Source: an uncultured archaeon (lineage in GTDB: Archaea > Asgardarchaeota > Lokiarchaeia > Sigyniarchaeales > SOKP01). From it: 27,222 nucleotides of DNA. The first letter of the stretch is position 1. Each line of letters starts with the position of its first letter. Location: positions 1 through 27,222 of the forward strand of contig CAYUTF010000028.1 in the NCBI GenBank assembly GCA_964447495.1, written 5' to 3'. Shown in pieces: positions 25,322 through 27,222 of the stretch. The translations under genes and the position numbers were made by a program. The notes under the pieces are model-generated. The model searched no databases and had not been told where the DNA came from. It saw nothing but the letters and a program-made list of their open reading frames with translations.

Positions 25322-25343
25322 TGAACATTAAGAATTATGTTCA
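25322..25343. terminator. Short inverted repeat between the convergent lysC and Rab-like genes (possible bidirectional terminator)
   Basis: TGAACAT-N8-ATGTTCA immediately after the lysC stop. Confidence 0.3.
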
Positions 25344-25377
25344 AATTGCCAAATACAATAAATCTGATGAGTTCTTA

Positions 25378-25905
25378 TTAAGAGGTTCTGGAATCAATAA
25401 TTCTTCGTGTGAGTTCTGTAAACGCATCATCAACATTTATTCCTGTTTTTGCAGAGGTTTCAATGTAAATGCTTCCCTCTTTTTCAGCGAAAGAACGAGC
25501 TTCATTCTTATCTATCACAACTCCAACGTCCTCTACCAAATCTGCTTTATTGCCAATTAAAACAAAAGGAATGTTTTCTCCAGCAAATTGACGTATCTCG
25601 GTTAACCACTTCCTAGTTTCCGTATATGTTTGTTCTCGAGTTAAATCAAAAACTAATAAAGCTCCTGCTGCTCCTTTATAGAAGGTGGATCGGATAAACT
25701 CGAATCTCTGTTGACCTCCTATATCCCAGATGCTCAGAGTTGCAATCTCACCTTGCCGAAATTCAACATCTTTAGTAAGAATATCCACTCCTACCGTCAG
25801 TTTATAATTTGCCGCAAAGCGATTCTTGATGAATCTTTGTACTAAACTTGTTTTACCAACCGCAGCAGCACCAGTGAGCAATACTTTTAATTTAAAACTT
25901 GACAT
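25378..25905 (-). CDS. Rab-like small GTPase without a C-terminal prenylation tail
   Basis: FKLKVLLTGAAAVGKTSL (G1), YKLTVGVD (G2), IWDIGGQQRF (G3), FYKGAAGALLVFDLT, IGNKAD (G4) and ETSAKTG (G5); ends IIDSRTS with no Cys. Confidence 0.92.
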   Translation of the reverse strand: MSSFKLKVLLTGAAAVGKTSLVQRFIKNRFAANYKLTVGVDILTKDVEFRQGEIATLSIWDIGGQQRFEFIRSTFYKGAAGALLVFDLTREQTYTETRKWLTEIRQFAGENIPFVLIGNKADLVEDVGVVIDKNEARSFAEKEGSIYIETSAKTGINVDDAFTELTRRIIDSRTS

Positions 25906-26169
25906 AGGATAAATCTACCTTGATAAATAGTCTTATGATAAATAAAAAATTTTAATTATATATTATTTAATTGTATATAATTTATTTAATTCTTTTTAAA
26001 AATTTAATATATTTATTTCTTAAATACTTTTACATAAATTTTAACCAAAAAGGTATATATTAATTATAATTGTATCCAACATATCTTGTTTTGTAAATAC
26101 TTTATCAATAATTAAGATTAATATAGTGTAATTTAGCTTAATGGCGACTAATGAGTGTTTAATCTCCTA

Positions 26170-27222
26170 TTATCGTTTTGGTATATGCTTATATTCATTT
26201 AAACTTGGAAAAAGGTCTAAATTCATATGAGGAAAATACATCGCTTGAGCAAATTCTTTTTGAAAATTTGCTTCTATCGCTATCTCTACATAATGCGTCT
26301 TTTTTAAGAGTTCATGAGCTTTTTCTCTTAGATCAATATTTAGTAATGCGTGTTGTGCACCAATACCTGCAGCATTCCCTATTTGGAAAATTTTTTCGTT
26401 AGGGATGTCGGGGATCATCCCAATGAATTTTGCATTTTCTTTATTTATGTAATTCCCAAAAGCTCCTGCTAGAAAGATTTGAGATATAGACGCTTCAGAG
26501 TTATACATACGCTTCAAGTATTGCAAAATCAATCTTGCTCCTGAAAAAAAAGCTCCTTTAGCCATCTGAATTTCTCTTATATCCTTTTGTGAGATAGTAA
26601 TGGGCCTATCTATTGAAGTTTCAGTGTCATTTGCTAATATAAATTCTAAATTATTCTCATTACGTATGAATCTTTCTTGATCGAAAAGTTCTTTATTAAT
26701 ATGACCACTTCGCGAGATAATTTTAGCCTTTAACATTTCAGCAACAGAATCTATTAATCCTGAACCACAGATTCCCATTGGAGGTTTACTTTTTATCGTT
26801 GTATATGAAACATCTAATGTTTTAGGATCAATCTTAACACTATCTATAGCTCCCGCAGCAGCTCTCATACCATGTGCTATATGTGCTCCCTCTAAAGCAG
26901 ATCCCGCTGCACAGGACCCAGTTGCTAAAAATTCTTTATTTCCTATAACAAGTTCTCCGTTTGTTCCGACATCCAGTGCCAAAGTAATCTCATCTTCTTT
27001 TCCTATTCCTGAAGAAAGCATGACTCCGATAGTATCAGCTCCAACATAGCCTGCAATGAGTGGTAATACAAATACGTTTCCTTGCTTAGACATATTCAGA
27101 TTAAGATTATTAGCATTGACATTGATGCTATGCTGTAAAGCAGGAACATAGGGGCTTAAACCTATAAATTTTGGAGTGATATTTAAAAATATGTGATGCA
27201 TAACCGAGTTTCCTACTATTGT
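26170..27222 (-). CDS. RACo/AcsV-type ASKHA-fold reductive activator of corrinoid proteins (DUF4445); 5' part outside the window
   Basis: Frame is open to the window edge (TIVGNSVMHH...); AGYVGAD, LDVGTNGE, SCAAGSALEG, GICGSGLID, ISQKDIREIQMAKGA, LAGAFG and IGNAAGIGA motifs. Confidence 0.9.
   Translation of the reverse strand, partial: TIVGNSVMHHIFLNITPKFIGLSPYVPALQHSINVNANNLNLNMSKQGNVFVLPLIAGYVGADTIGVMLSSGIGKEDEITLALDVGTNGELVIGNKEFLATGSCAAGSALEGAHIAHGMRAAAGAIDSVKIDPKTLDVSYTTIKSKPPMGICGSGLIDSVAEMLKAKIISRSGHINKELFDQERFIRNENNLEFILANDTETSIDRPITISQKDIREIQMAKGAFFSGARLILQYLKRMYNSEASISQIFLAGAFGNYINKENAKFIGMIPDIPNEKIFQIGNAAGIGAQHALLNIDLREKAHELLKKTHYVEIAIEANFQKEFAQAMYFPHMNLDLFPSLNEYKHIPKR

Noticed and set aside
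25321-25560. 79-aa Cys-containing ORF directly after lysC (CEFC, CFC)
   Set aside because: Mostly antisense to the well-conserved Rab-like gene, no SD, and no coherent zinc-finger spacing.
4741-26072. Recurrent ATTATAAT palindrome in several intergenic regions
   Set aside because: An all-A/T 8-mer is expected several times by chance in such AT-rich spacers.
25906-26169. Extremely AT-rich spacer as a replication origin or ncRNA
   Set aside because: No ORB-like repeats, no adjacent cdc6/orc1 and no GC-rich stem; adequately explained as terminator plus promoter.
1-27222. CRISPR array, tRNA/rRNA, IS element or prophage
   Set aside because: No regularly spaced direct repeats, no GC-rich structured RNA segment, and no transposase, integrase or phage-like ORF seen by eye.

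Overview
Very AT-rich, gene-dense, intron-free prokaryotic DNA, most likely from an Asgard archaeon (Lokiarchaeia-like). This is inferred from a Rab-like GTPase with no prenylation tail, a longin-small GTPase fusion, a roadblock protein, a UPF0280 gene and GGTGA/GGAG-type ribosome-binding sites. Bases 1 to ~20.1 kb are a surface-glycan locus: partial glucose-1-phosphate cytidylyltransferase, GT2 and three GT4 glycosyltransferases, a Wzx/MOP flippase, an AlkP-superfamily enzyme, an SDR-cupin fusion, an RmlD-like reductase, a methyltransferase, an FnlC-like 2-epimerase, two tandem DPM1-like GT2 paralogs, two divergent NDP-sugar 4-epimerases and a large GT-C-like membrane protein. From 20.1 to 27.2 kb lie a UPF0280/ApbE-like gene, a eukaryotic-signature cluster (roadblock protein; longin-GTPase-helical-proline-rich-coiled-coil protein; ACT-domain aspartate kinase; Rab-like GTPase) and a partial RACo/ASKHA corrinoid activator. 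The most notable signals are (i) the roadblock / longin-GTPase / aspartate kinase / Rab neighbourhood, (ii) two adjacent genes whose conserved N-termini appear to require non-canonical ATT start codons, and (iii) a probable Dol-P-sugar/GT-C glycosylation route. No RNA genes, CRISPR arrays or mobile elements were recognised. All family calls come from motif recognition by eye, not database searches.
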